This document shows positions 38,721 through 51,469 of a stretch of DNA of 64,000 bases, one piece after another. Under the pieces are notes generated by a model. That model did not search any database, had not been told where the DNA came from, and saw only the letters and a list, made by a program, of their open reading frames with translations. Position numbers and translations under genes: made by a program. The stretch spans positions 10,832,537 through 10,896,536 of the forward strand of contig CM082577.2 in assembly GCA_040954595.2 (NCBI GenBank). Direction: 5' to 3'. This DNA is from Balanoglossus misakiensis (taxonomy: Eukaryota; Animalia; Hemichordata). The number at the start of each line of letters is the position of its first letter. The stretch's first letter is position 1.

Positions 38721-38989
38721 AAAACTACCTAAAGGCTGTGGAACACTCAATGTTGAAATGGCTGATGTGTCCGTTCAGACTGAACAACCCACATTGGATG
38801 AAATCCATGATGCAATTCAAACAACACTGAAATTGGCAAACTTTGACTCTGATAAGACAGACAGTGACTTGAGTTTGACAGTGAACAGTGAAATGAATCA
38901 TAGACAGTCTGTCTATAACCGAATCATGAAAGTTCAGCAGGCAGTAAGAATGTGGTTGCCATTATGAAGTGCTTAAAAAGAATGTTCCT

Positions 38990-39600
38990 GAAAGAACAGG
39001 GAGAGCAACACACCATCCTCTGCCATGGAGACCAACTTTCTGGTGAGAGATTTAATGGCTGATGCTAGACAAGCCATGGCCGTAAGTGAAGAACCAACAG
39101 ACAGACTCATCGGTCTAGAACCTAGCTGCCAGGACTTCCATGAGAGATGCTTATTATTCTATTCAGGTAAATACTACTTTTTGCATAAGTATGGCATGTT
39201 AACCAAACTGGTTTCGATGCAGATCCTACTCATTGGGAGGATAAACCCCCAACTATTTTGTACCACCTTTTTATTTGTATTGAAATATATTCTGCCATTT
39301 TCATAGTCACCCAAGTCCCACATGTTGTCCTCACAAAACAATATATAGTCCAGGGAGTAGAGAGGAAAATACTGACTTTTCAAATTTGCAAAAATGACCA
39401 TTTTATTAGAAATAGGTTTTAGTTATGCAAAGGTATGGCACCATGCCGGATAGAAATTTTTATATATCAATATAGTGATTAAATTACATTCATTCCATAC
39501 ACAGGTCTGGATACAATTAATCTGCTCTTAGCTGGAAACAGTGCTGACAATGAGGGTACATTGTTTCACCTGAAGACCATATTCGACACAGGAATGTGAA
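38990..39600 (+). pseudogene. Frameshifted DUF6589-like transposon-associated coding relic
   Basis: HTILCHGDQLSGER / MADARQAMAVSEEPTDRLIGLEPSCQDFHER, then after an intron NSADNEGTLFHLKTIF; resembles the GDQL..R...DRL.GL.P...D(W/F)H...GTL..L pattern as I recall it. Confidence 0.5.
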
Positions 39601-41223
39601 AAAAGCTTTATTTTTTCGTCATGCTGTAACTGCTTCCTTTGATTATGGTAAGAAGACTAACAGAGGTGGCGAATCTCCCCTGCACCAGTAAATGTTTTGT
39701 TCGTCATCAAGCCGGAGATACAATCAGCAAATTACAGAAGTCCTCACATCCTTTCTGTACACCGAAGAATGATACAATGGCACCCAAGGACCAGGAACTC
39801 ATAGTGCAGTGGCTGAGATGAAAGAGGCATTTATTCAATATAAGACTAAGTCCATAGACCTGCTAAAAGATTATTTGTTGGTTTTATACGCCAGATGAAT
39901 GAAAATTGTGTAGCCAATGAAAATTGTGTAGCTTGTAGAGTCCAAGACCCATCACAGCCCAGGTGCACCACGACTATCTAATGCTGAGAACATGTGCATG
40001 TACTTTGAAGTTGGACTCAAAAGAATGGACACATGTGATCTCTAAAAGCATAATTTTTATATTCTGTGTTAAATATGACAATGAAACAAGAATTAGCCGA
40101 GATCCTGAAAGAGTTGCTCTCAAAAGATGGTTCGCACCAATTTTCACGGAGCACCATACTAGAAGAGACGAGGGAAAAGCTGCTTGTTCTGCAAAGTGTG
40201 GTTGAATCTGCCTTGAGAAAAAAACATGAAAGTTACAAGGAGGAAATGTATGTACATTGATTTCATTTCATATACACTTTTGTACAAGTCTCATGTAAAA
40301 TATGTGTAAAGAAATGGTAATTTTTATGATGCCAATGAAACTGTTCTGTCATATTCCCAATAATGTTACTCTATTCTTCTATTAATTAGATCAGAAGCAA
40401 AAAGTGGTCCCCTTGTTCCGGGTTTGGGAATGGTATTATCCCTGATCTGGCATCTTCACAGACCTAAAAGAAAATAAATTGGCCCAGCAAATAAACTCGA
40501 TTATGATGTAGAAGGGTGCAAGTCAAAAAGTAAGTAGAAATTTAAAATAAAATTTAACAAAGTTATTCTTTGGTATGAATGAGCAAGTCCTTTACCCTCG
40601 ATCCGCATATACCATAGTATGACGTCAGACGTAGGTAAATTTGCACCAAGCATTATTGTAATACCCATCCCTCTGACGTCACCAAACGGAACTATTTTAA
40701 ACTTGTAAACAAAGTCCTCTTAGGGCGACAAAATTCAGTTCAATTGTTCGTTTTATTTCGATATTAAAAATAAGCAAAGATAAATAAAATGTTTCGTATG
40801 TGTAAATATGGACGATCGACGATTAGTTTTACCTGTGTACATTTTTATCGCACCAAAACTGTCGCGAGGTCGTCAGTGCTGAGCCAATGTCGTCGCGCTG
40901 TCGAACGAGCGACAGGTACAAAACTGAGTATTCGCAAAAATTTTGATGCGACGATTAGAGCAAAACGGTCTAGTCATAAAGCAAAAGGCATACGAAAGGT
41001 TTCCTGCTCCAGTGAAACCGTGACGGACGATGAAATCCATCTGATGCGCGATAGACGGGTCCTCGCCAAAACCAGAATCGTCCAGGTCGTGACCTGAGTC
41101 ACCTGACAGATAGACCGCATAACATCGATCTTCAATTTTGCACAAAATAGTTCCAAATTTTATCGCAACCACAAAGAGATTTATTTGAAAATAAAAATTA
41201 GCGGATCTATGTATGTGATAAAC

Positions 41224-41389
41224 ATATAATTCCCCCGTATTCCTCACTCGTGTACCTGCGTCGCGAACTCGTGATTCCCCGTATAGCTGTATCCCTCCTC
41301 GCCTGCGGCTCGGAGGGATACGGCCGCTATACGGGGAATCACTCGTCCGCGACGCAGGCACACTCGTTCGAAATACGGGGGAATTATAT
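41224..41389. repeat. 166-bp GC-rich imperfect inverted repeat (hairpin)
   Basis: Arms ATATAATTCCCCCGTATT...GTATCCCTCC and GGAGGGATAC...AATACGGGGGAATTATAT; centre CCTGCGG. Confidence 0.92.
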
Positions 41390-42023
41390 ATAAGAATACT
41401 ATTTCTTATCTCATCAGGTATTTAAAGGATTCAACAAGGTAGGATTGTGTGTTGGGGTTAAGGGCACAAGAAAACTTGCTGATCGCTTATGCTGTGATTT
41501 CGTTGAAATTCATTGAAGAAACTCATTGAGGTATTGGAGGTTTTATTTTTTTTAATTTGATGTACTATCTCTAAAAAATCGGTGATTTCACACAAAATCA
41601 TAACATTTTCTATTATCATGAATTGCCGTGTGTCTTTTCAGGAATGTACCGGTACATACCAGTATGTCTCATTGCTAAATTACCTACTGGCTATTTCATA
41701 ATCCCCAGGAAAAAAACTTTAAGCAAGTTGTAGAGTACAAGACTCATCACAGGTGCACCACGAGTGTCCGATGCTGACTAATTCTGAGAAGATAAACATG
41801 AAATTAAAAGAGAGGGGTCAACCAACAGCGAAAATTTTGAAACAGTTCCGCGAGGAATAACTTATTCTAACGACACAACAAACTGTCATCCATATTTACT
41901 CGCGCTTTTTACATAGTGTTCATTTGCAGGGCGGTCATCGTTCAGGCCGAAGACGAACTTACAATAATGACCACGCTCAGTACATAAACATCGCAACCAG
42001 CGAGAATAAGGAGATCACTTCCC

Positions 42024-42293
42024 ATGAGCTGGCTGAAAAAAATTGCGACTGAATTCCCAGATTGCAGTACCTCAGCCAGTACCCTGAAAGCGATCCGAAG
42101 ACGACTTGGCTGGCGAAGAGAAAGAATGAGGTACTGCCAGCAAGTTGGCCTCGTAAACAGACTCAACAAATGGAATGGTGCCTCGGAAGAGTTTGATGAT
42201 GTCACTTTCACCGATGAAAAGCGAGTCGAAATAGAAATGTTCACACAAGGGGAACCGAACAAGAGGCGACCAATGCCAAAACACCCGTTTTCG
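42024..42293 (+). pseudogene. IS630/Tc1-mariner transposase fragment (HTH to first catalytic D)
   Basis: SASTLKAIRRRLGWRRERMRYCQQV...N...FDDVTFTDEKRVEIE...RPMPKHPFS, ending at a GT donor; internally deleted. Confidence 0.7.
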
Positions 42294-42529
42294 GTAGGAT
42301 TCTATGTTTTATTTTAGTAAATTAAAATAGTTAACCCTGCTCTCAAAAGCACTAGTGTGCAAGGGTCAATCTCAGCCAAATTTGCTGCAAGTACATATGA
42401 GCCAATCCAATGGGACACTCTTGCACATTCGCCACGCCTGTCCGTTTAATTTATTACATTCATTGCGTCTTGCGTAAACACTGTCATTTGATCTTGCTTG
42501 GCAGAAGTCACCTTGCTCTCTACTACGGT

Positions 42530-42893
42530 ATGGCGGCCAAGCTCAACGGCATCTCAGCTAACGCCAAGGAGCGTTTGAGCCGGATCCTCGCCAGAAAGAG
42601 TCGCGTTTCTGGCGACTGTGTGCTCTGGACGGGTGCAGCTTGTCGAAACGGCTATGGGTCAATTACGTTCAAAGATGAGAACACTCTAACTGCCTATGTT
42701 CATCAAATTGCACTCTTAATTAACAGAGTGCATTAATTGGTGGGCAGGCAGTTTGAATTTTCTCTGCAACAAAAAGCTGTGCATTTGCCCAGAGCACATT
42801 GTCCAGGAAACGTGACTCCAAAACATTTCACGGAAGACGTGCTTTCGCTTCCCAAAAGGGGAGTGTCATCACAAACCCAGGTGCCTCAGGTAT
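42530..42893 (+). pseudogene. His-Me finger (His-Cys box, zf-His_Me_endon-like) endonuclease pseudogene, copy 1
   Basis: GDCVLWTGAACRNGYGSITF...AYVHQIALL, then stop/frameshift, then LCNKKLCICPEHIVQE..QNISRKTCF...ECHHKPRCL. Confidence 0.75.
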
Positions 42894-43152
42894 GTTGGTG
42901 GATGTAAATCCTCATCTCATTTGGTGTTTGTGACCCTGCTCAAAAGCACTAGTGAGCAAGGGTCTTTGTATGTCCAATTTGCTCCGAGTACATATGAGCC
43001 AATCCAATGGGGGACACTCATACATTCGCAATGCCTATCCGTTTAATTTATTACATTCATTGCGTCTTGGGTAAACACTGTCATTTGATCTTGCTTGGCA
43101 GAAGTCAACTTGCTCTAATACTATGGCGGTAAAACTGAACAGTCTCTCCGGT

Positions 43153-43594
43153 ACCGCCAGATCCTTACCCGAAGACATCCAAGCCTGGGACATGGGAAAG
43201 CAAATACTGGGGAACAATTATCAGAGTTGAAGAAGCCAGCCAGCATGACGAATTGTACAGGTTAAAGGGGAATTAAACAGCCACACATTTTCCTTCTCTA
43301 CATTGTCGGGTAAGTATATCAGTTTGCCTTAGTCGAATATATGGTCATATCATGCATATTGCAAAGTAGAAAATGTAATATTGTCTAGTATATTTTCCTC
43401 ATTAATGCAGCATTGACTGATACGATGTCCCAGCCAGAGATGAAAATTTAGCAGCGCTCATAAATCACAGTCAACAGAACGACAACTTGGTAACAGCTCA
43501 GATAGGAGAACGTCTTGTTTTCTTTGCAACCAAAAATCTTTGTCAGGGAAAAGAACTTTTGTATAATTACGGTGAAATGTATTTTGATAGCTGA
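43153..43594 (+). pseudogene. SETD8/PR-Set7-like SET domain pseudogene, copy 1 (5'-truncated)
   Basis: Exon 2: ID*YDV...NLAALINHSQQN.NLV...RLVFFATKIF/NL..GKELLYNYGEMYFDS* pattern, with INHS and ELLYNYG. Confidence 0.7.
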
Positions 43595-43796
43595 TAGACA
43601 TCCCATAAACCAAGTTTGTACAGCACAACTGCCCAAATGTATATATTTATTTGTCAGTTCAAGTTATTTTGTGTATGTGTCAAGTAATGAATGCTGGTGA
43701 CTGATTTCCCTAGAGAGACTATTAAATATTCGTGTTCAAACGATGATAAAATTACATGTCATTTGGTTGCAGAGACACTTCTGAACACCTAACTAA

Positions 43797-44097
43797 ACCC
43801 GAAGGAGTCGCGTTTCCGGCGACTGTGTGCTCTGGACGGGTGCAGCTTGTCGAAACGGTTATGGTTCAATCACGTTCAAAGATGAGAACACTCTAACCGC
43901 CTATGTCCATCAAATTGCACTCTTAATTAATTAATTAATTAATTGGTGGGCAGGCAGTTTGAAGTTTCTCTGCAACAAAAAGCTATGCATTTGCCAAGAG
44001 CACATTGTCCAGGAAACACAACTTAAAAATATTTCCTTGAAGACGTGATTTCGCTCCCCAAAGGGGTGTGTCCTCACAGACCAAACTGCCTAAGGTG
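43797..44097 (+). pseudogene. His-Me endonuclease pseudogene, copy 2 (5'-truncated, (TTAA)5)
   Basis: Aligns to copy 1 from RRSRVSGDCVLWTG onward. Confidence 0.7.
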
Positions 44098-44593
44098 TGT
44101 GCTTTTGGTGGATGTAAATCCTCATCTCACTTGGTGTCTTGTAACCCTGCAAACAACAACAGCAAACGGGTATGATTGCAAAGGCTTGAATGCTGGTAAA
44201 AATTTTAAGGTATGTTCTTTTGTGGAGAGCAATGTAATTTTCTCAGTGCATGTGCTTCGTGGATCTTTGAAATCGTAGAGACTGCCCTACTCTCAAGTGC
44301 AGTGGTTTTTTAAAGCAACATCTAAGTTAACACTAATATAACAACACAACATACTGTGTACAGACGGCATTCTTGAGGTAGCAGAACAAGAACACAAGTT
44401 GATACACATTTCAGTTTATTCACAAATTATTTTCAACATTTGCATTACTGTCCATTCCTTAATCCCGTTGAAACAGCCAAAAGCAGTATTATTTACTGGC
44501 TAGCCGATGAGGAAATAATAATTGAGTTGAGGAGTACATTGTTATTTTGCAAACTTTTGAATAAAACCGGTCTGTTCCAATTTTACTGAACAG

Positions 44594-44852
44594 GTAAATG
44601 ATCTCATTTGTGAGAAGTTTGGGGTTAAACACCGCATAACAGCTGCCTACCACCCGCAAACAAAATGGTCTTGCTGAGAGTTCGAACTACAACATCAAGA
44701 GGGCAATCAGCAAACTGGTAAATGAAAATCAGGATGATTGGGATGAACTCCTGGAGCCAGTCATGTTTGGGTTAAGGACATCTCAACAGACAACCATGAA
44801 GTACACGCCATTCCAGCTCATGTTTAACAGAACAGCACGTCTACCTTCGGAG
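44594..44852 (+). pseudogene. Ginger/GIN1-type integrase core exon, copy 1 (+1 frameshift)
   Basis: AG|VNDLICEKFGVKHRITAAYHPQT..GLAESSN...WDELLEPVMFGLRTS...YTPFQLMFNRTARLPSE|GTGAGT. Confidence 0.8.
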
Positions 44853-45066
44853 GTGAGTTTGTGTAAAATATTAAGATTATTAAATTTTTAGGCTAATTCA
44901 TAAAATAGAGTTACTCCATGGCATGACATAGATATAAAGGGCCATATATTGTTGAACAAAACGATTTGTGAATTAAATGTAGGAAGCAATAGATGCACAT
45001 CCCTTCAGGGAGACTCATGTTGTTACCGTTAGTGTGCTTATAATGAAGAATATTAATGTATTTAAG

Positions 45067-45535
45067 GTGAGAACTGTTGGGGATCGTAAGGACACAGGAC
45101 AGTGTGCGTTTTTGACAAGAGACATCCAAGCCTGGGACATGGGAACGCAAATACTGGGGAACAGTTATCAGAGTTGAAGAAGTCAGCCAGCATGATGAAT
45201 TGTACAGGGTAAAAGGGGAATTAAGTTGCCAAACATTTTCCTTCTCTACATCGGGTAAGTATATCAGTTTGCCTTAATCGAATACTCGGTCATATTGCAA
45301 AGTACCTGTCAAAATAGAAAACGTAATAATGTCTATATTTTCCTTATTAATGCAGCATTGACTGATACCATGTCCCAGCCGGAGATGAAAATTTAGCAGC
45401 GCTCGTAAATCACAGTCAAGATAACGGCAACTTCGTACCAGTTCGGATAGGAGAACGTCTTGTTTTTTTTGCAACCAAAATCTTTGTCAGGGAGAACTTT
45501 TGTATAATTACGGTGAAATGTATTTTGATAGCTGA
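45067..45535 (+). pseudogene. SET domain pseudogene (2 exons), copy 2
   Basis: Exon 1 GQCAFLTRDIQ/PGTWERKYWGTVIRVEEVSQHDELY; exon 2 has NHS and ELLYNYG motifs. Confidence 0.72.
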
Positions 45536-46289
45536 TAGACATACCATAAACCAAGTTTTTACAGCACAACTGCCAGCACCAAGACAATAGAGGATGTACC
45601 GGTACAAGAATTCCACTAGACAGAATGCCTTGGCCCATGCTTGCATGCAACTTGAAGTTCTTCTCAGTGGATGCAGCCAAATGTCCAGAGGCATACCAGC
45701 AATACAGAGACCGTGTACAACTGCTTTGGCCATAAGTGGTTGCTCTCCACCCCAATACATTGTGGAGGGATGTGGAACTAAAAGCGCATACTAGTAGAAG
45801 ATGGCTCAAATCAGGCCAGTGCTACCACACCTGATATCTTTGACTTCCATCGGGAAGGTGGGATCATCCAGGAAGTTAGTCAAAAAAAAGGTTGGATACA
45901 GTCCACCCGAGTACGAGTCCGATATGATATTGGATGCAGTAACAGCCTTGTTCCGATACAGACGGCCTGATGATGACCTTAAGGAGGAAGAGGATGGAAA
46001 CTTAACGGAAATTGATGTGGATGTGGCAGAAGACGATAACTGTCATATCCTCATGCTGACTTCTTCTGTCAGTATTCACCCTGGGAAAAAGAAGCTTCCA
46101 CTGAATGTCAGTGAAATGAAGGCAGCTACCAGAGTCGATTGCCGAATCAACCTGACAGTAATGCAAAGGCATTGTCCACATACTCTGCCAGCACAAGATA
46201 GTCACGAGTTCAAAACGTATGGAGAAGCAGCAATAAAGGTATTGGCTGGCCAGTTTCATGCAAGCCAGGATGACCAAACATTATGACAA

Positions 46290-46895
46290 ACCACTCGCAC
46301 AATGGGGAAAGTTGAAATATGATCTGTCTTCATGGCGGTGAAGGAGACAAACAAGTATACGGCAAATCACCAGCCATATATCGCAAAGAGAATCGACTCT
46401 GAGTGGCAAGCCACATGTTACAGAGAGATGCAAGCCTCTCTGGGCATTGTCATCATCATGGGCCTTGACCGTAAGCATGCTGTGGCCAACTATAATTCAA
46501 GCAACATTTTCCTGCAAAATGTTGGAATAGTGTCAGTCATGATCTGTCACCGCTTACATAGGTTGATGCAGTATTTCAACTTGGCCGACCCCCAGAAGAA
46601 TCCAAGATGACACCCTGACCCGAACAGACGTTTACGCCATTGTCAAGAGGATCCATTTTAAGTTAACCCAGGGATGGAGCCCGTTAGACAGTTGCATTCA
46701 TAACTACCAGATGGATTAGGAAATCTTCATCAAGGAAGGCATGGTAAAATTCAAAGGACGTTCAAAATTCAAACAGAGGCTTCCCCCACAAGCCAGAAAG
46801 AGATGGCTTTTATAATAAAGATATAGCAGTTGGCCGACTCTACCACATCCTATGTGGCTAACTTTTCTCCCTAGCTACCAGGGGTAAAGTACCTG
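46290..46895 (+). pseudogene. piggyBac (PGBD4-like, DDE_Tnp_1_7) transposase fragment, copy 1
   Basis: W...EMQASLGIVIIMGL...Y.S.NIFL...IVSVM...R...LMQYF.LAD...EGMVKFKGRSKFKQRLP.KP.RDGF...LADSTTSYVANF; multiple stops and frameshifts. Confidence 0.78.
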
Positions 46896-47272
46896 GACAG
46901 TAATGCACAGGTGTTGATCCTGAACACCGTATACCCACTGCTTGACACGGAGGCATTTGGCAGTGTCAAAGAACAGAGAAATGTGCCCCTGAGTTTGACG
47001 AATAACCGACATTTCATGGGAGACGTTGACCGCGCTTACCACTGTGGGCGAAAGAATAACAGCTGGTGGGTTCACATGGCCTGGTGGATTTATTCACAAA
47101 TTATTTTTAACATTTGCATTACTGTCCATTCCTTAATCCCGTTGAAACAGCCAAAAGCAGTATTATTTACTGGCTAGCCGATGAGAAATAATAATTGAGT
47201 TAAGGAGTACCCGTACATTGTTATTTTGCAAACTTTTGAATAAAACCGGTCTGTTCAAATTTTACTGAACAG

Positions 47273-47530
47273 GTAAATGATCTCATTTGTGAGAAGTTTG
47301 GGGTTAAACACCGCATAACAGCTGCCTACCACCCGCAAACAAATGGTCTTGCTGAGAGTTCGAACTACAACATCAAGAGGGCAATCAGCAAACTGGTAAA
47401 TGAAAATCAGGATGATTGGGATGAACTCCTGGAGCCAGTCATGTTTGGGTTAAGGACCTCCCAACAGACAACCACGAAGTACACGCCATTCCAGCTCATG
47501 TTTAACAGAACAGCACGTCTACCTTCTGAG
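47273..47530 (+). pseudogene. Ginger/GIN1-type integrase core exon, copy 2 (open, 86 codons)
   Basis: YHPQTNGLAE motif carrying the catalytic E of the rve DDE triad; flanked by splice sites. Confidence 0.82.
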
Positions 47531-47743
47531 GTGAGTTTGTGTAGAATATTAAGATTATTAAATTTTTATGCTAATTCATAAAACAGAGTCACTCCATGTC
47601 ATGACATAGACAGAAATGCCCATATATTGTTGAACAAAATGATTTGTTAATTAAATGTAGGAAGCAATAGATGCACAGCCCTTCAGGGAGACTCATGTTA
47701 TTACCGTTAGTGTGCTTATAATGAAGAATATTAATGTATTTAG

Positions 47744-48220
47744 GTGAGAACTGTTGGGGATCGTAAGGACACAGGACAGTGTGCGTTTTTGACAAGAGAC
47801 ATCGAAGCCTGGGACATGGGAAAGCAAATACTGGGGAACAGTTATCAGAGTTGAAGAAGCCATCCAGCATGAAGAATTGTACAGGGTAAAGGGGAATTAA
47901 ACGGCCACACAGTTTCCTTCTCTACATCGGGTAAGTATATCAGTTTGCCTTAGTCGAATATATGGTCATATTGCAAAGTACCTGTTGAAATAGAAAAAGT
48001 AATATTGTCTAGTATATTTTCCTTGTTAATGCACCATTGACTGATACGATGTCCCAGGCGGAGATGAAAATTTAGCAGGCCTCATAAATCACAGTCAACA
48101 GAACACCAACTTGGTACCAGTTCGGATAGGAGAATGTCTTGTTTTCTTTACAACCAAAAATCCTTGTCAGGGAAAAGAACTTTTGTATAATTATGGTGAA
48201 ATGTATTTTGATAGCTTATA
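47744..48220 (+). pseudogene. SET domain pseudogene, copy 3
   Basis: Aligns to copy 2. Confidence 0.7.
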
Positions 48221-48660
48221 GACATACCATAAACCAAGTTTGTACAGCACAACTGCCCAAATGTACCGGTATATATTTATTTGTCAGTTCAAGTTATTTT
48301 GTGTATGTGTCAAGTAATGAATGCTGGTGACTGATTTCCCTAGAGAGACTATTAAATATTCGTGTTCAAACGATGATAAAATTACATGTCATTTGGTTGC
48401 AGCGACACTTCTGAACACTTAAACCTATTATGCCACATGCCATTCTGGGTGTAAATTGACCAGATTATAAGGGAGTTTGAACATTTTAAATAACATCTTC
48501 TTGGCCCAATTTGACTATAAGTACATACCGGTGGTCAATAATGGGACACTCTCACACATTCGCTTCGCCTGCCCATTAAATTGATTACATTCATTGCATC
48601 TTGGGTAAACACTGTCATTTGATCTTGCTTGGCAGAAGTCAACTTGCTCTATACTACGGT

Positions 48661-49022
48661 ATGGCGGCAAAGCTCAACGGCATCTCAGCTAACGCCAAGG
48701 AGCGTTAGAGCCGCATCCTCACCCGAAGGAGTCGCGTTTCTGGCGACTGTGTGCTCTGGACGGGTGCAGCTTGTCGAAACGGCTATGGGTCAATTACGTT
48801 CAAAGATGAGAACACTCTAACCGCCTATGTCCATCAAATTGCACTCTTAATTAACGGAGTGCATTAATTGGTGGGCAGGCAGTTTGAATTTTCTCTGCAA
48901 CAAAAAGGTATGCATTTGCCCAGAGCACATTGTCCAGGAAACACGACTCGAAAACATTTCACGGAAGACGTGCTTTCGCTACCCAAAAGGGGAGTATCAT
49001 CATGAACCCAGGTGCCTCAGGT
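48661..49022 (+). pseudogene. His-Me endonuclease pseudogene, copy 3
   Basis: C-terminal frame LCNKKVCICPEHIVQETRLENISRKTCFRYPKGEYHHEPRCL (ORF 48884). Confidence 0.75.
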
Positions 49023-49230
49023 ATGTTGGTGGATGTAAATCCTCATCTCATTTGGTGTCTTTTAACCCTCCTCAAAAGCACTAGTGTGCAAGTGTCAATG
49101 TCAGCCCAATCTACTGTAAGTTACATATGAGCCAATCCAATGGGACACTCGCAACGCCTGTCCGTTTAATTTATTACATTTATTGCGTCTTAGGTAAACA
49201 CTGTCATTTGATCTTGCTCTATACTACAGT

Positions 49231-49600
49231 ATGGCGGCAAAGCTCAACGGCATCTCAGCTAACGCCAAGGAGCGTTTCAGCAGCATCATCACCCGAAGGA
49301 GTCGCGTTTCCGGCGACTGTGTGCTCTGGACAGGTGCAGCTTGTCGAAACAGCTATGGGTCAATTACGTTCAAAGATGAGAACACTCTAACCGCCTATGT
49401 CCATCAAATTGCACTCTTAATTAATTAATTAATTAATTAATTGGTGGGCAGGCAGTTTGAAGTTTCTTTGCAACGAAAAGCTATTCATTTGCCCAGAGCA
49501 CATTGTCCAGGAAACACAACTTAAAAATATTTCCTTGAAGACGTGATTTCGCTACCCAAAGGGGTGTGTCCTCACAGACCAAACTGCCTAAGTTGTGTAA
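49231..49600 (+). pseudogene. His-Me endonuclease pseudogene, copy 4 ((TTAA)6)
   Basis: ORF 49231-49428 plus the downstream Cys/His segment. Confidence 0.72.
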
Positions 49601-50084
49601 GTGGATGTAAATCCTCATCTCACTTGGTGTCTTGTAACCCTGCAAACAACAACAGCTAACGGGTATGATTGCAAAGGCTTGAATGCTGGTAAAAATTTTA
49701 AGGTATGTTCTTTTGTGGAGAGCAATGTAATTTTCTCAGTGCATGTGCTTCGTGGATCTTTGAAATCGTAGAGACTGCCCTACTCTCAAGTGCAGTGGTT
49801 TTTAAAAGCAACATCTAAGTTAACACTAATATAACAACACTACATACTGTGTACAGACGGCATTCTTGAGGTAGCAGAACAAGAACATAAGTTGATTCAC
49901 ATTTCAGTTTATTCACAAATTAATTTAACATTTGCATTAGTGTCCATTCCTTAATCCTGTTGAAACAGCCAAAAGCAGTATTATTTACTGGCTAGCCTAT
50001 GAGGAAATAATAATTGAGTTGAGAAGTAATTTTTATTTTGCAAACTTTTGAATAAAACCAGTCTGTTCCAATTTTACTGAACAG

Positions 50085-50333
50085 GTAAATGATCTCATTT
50101 GTGAGAAGTTTGGGGTTAAACACTGCATAACAGCTGCCTACCACCCGCAAACAAATGGTCTTGCTGAGAGTTCGAACTGTAACATCAAGAGGGCAATCAG
50201 CAAACTGGTAAATGAAAATCAGGATGAACTCCTGGAGCCAGTCATGTTTGGGTTAAGGACCTCCCAACAGATAACCACGAAGTACGCACCATTCCAGCTC
50301 ATGTTTAACAGAACAGCACGTCTACCTTCTGAG
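50085..50333 (+). pseudogene. Ginger/GIN1-type integrase core exon, copy 3 (9-bp deletion)
   Basis: Same exon, 249 nt. Confidence 0.8.
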
Positions 50334-50546
50334 GTGAGTTTGTGTAGAATATTAAGATTATTAACTTTTTATGCTAATTCATAAAATAGAGTTACTCCAG
50401 GGCATGACATAGATAGAAAGGCCCATATATTGTTGAACGAAATGATTTGTGAATTAAATGTAGGAAGCAATAGATGCACAGCCCTTCAGGGAGACTCATG
50501 TTGTTACCGTTAGTGTGCTTATAATGAAGAATTTTAATGTATTTAG

Positions 50547-51027
50547 GTGAGAACTGTTGGGGATCGTAAGGACACAGGACGGTGTGCGTTTTTGACAAGA
50601 GGCATCAAAGGCTGGGACATGGGAACGCAAATACTGGGGAACAGTTATCAGAGTTGAAGGAGTCAGCCAGCATGACGAATTGTACAGGGTAAAGGGGAAT
50701 TAAACGGCCACAAATTTTCTTTCTCTACATTGTCAGGTAAGTACCGGTATATCAGTTTGCCTTAGTCGAATATAAGATCATATTGCAAAGTACCAGTCAA
50801 AATAGAATATGTAATATTGTCTATATTTTCCTCATTAACCCAGCATTGACTGATACGATGTCCCGGCAGGAGATGAAAATTTAGCAGGCCTCATAAATCA
50901 CTGTCAACAGAACGCCAACTTGGTACCAGCTCGGATAGGAGAACGTCTTGTTTTCTTTGCAACCAAAAATCTTTGTCAGGGAAAAGAACTTTTGTATAAT
51001 TACGGTGAAATGTATTTTGATAGCTGA
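50547..51027 (+). pseudogene. SET domain pseudogene, copy 4
   Basis: Aligns to copy 2. Confidence 0.7.
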
Positions 51028-51469
51028 TAGACATACCATAAACCAAGTTTGTACGGCACAACTGCCCAAATGTACATTTATTTGTCAGTTCAATTGCAAC
51101 TTATTTTGTGTACGTGTCAAGTAATGAATGCTGGTGACTGATTTCCCCAGAGAGTCTATTAAATATTCGTGTTCAACCGATGATAAAATTATATGTCATT
51201 TCGCTGCAAAGACACTTCTGAACACCTAAACCTATTATGCCAGCCAGTTCATTGTGGGTGTAAATTGACCAGATTATAAGGGAGTTTGAACATTTTAAAT
51301 AACATCTTCTCAGCCCAATTTGACTATAAGTACATACCGGTTGTCAATAATGGGACACTCTCACACATTCGCTTCGCCTGCCCATTAAATTGATTACATT
51401 CATTGCATCTTGGGTAAACACTGTCATTTGATCTTGCTTGGCAGAAGTCAACTTGCTCTATACTACGGT

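Noticed and set aside
39898-39932. 18-bp tandem duplication AATGAAAATTGTGTAGC (similar 17-bp duplication at 23010-23046)
   Set aside because: Ordinary local slippage with no further structure.
43411-43425. Conserved in-frame TGA in all SET copies as selenocysteine or readthrough
   Set aside because: The same copies carry frameshifts and I see no SECIS; a shared ancestral nonsense mutation is simpler.
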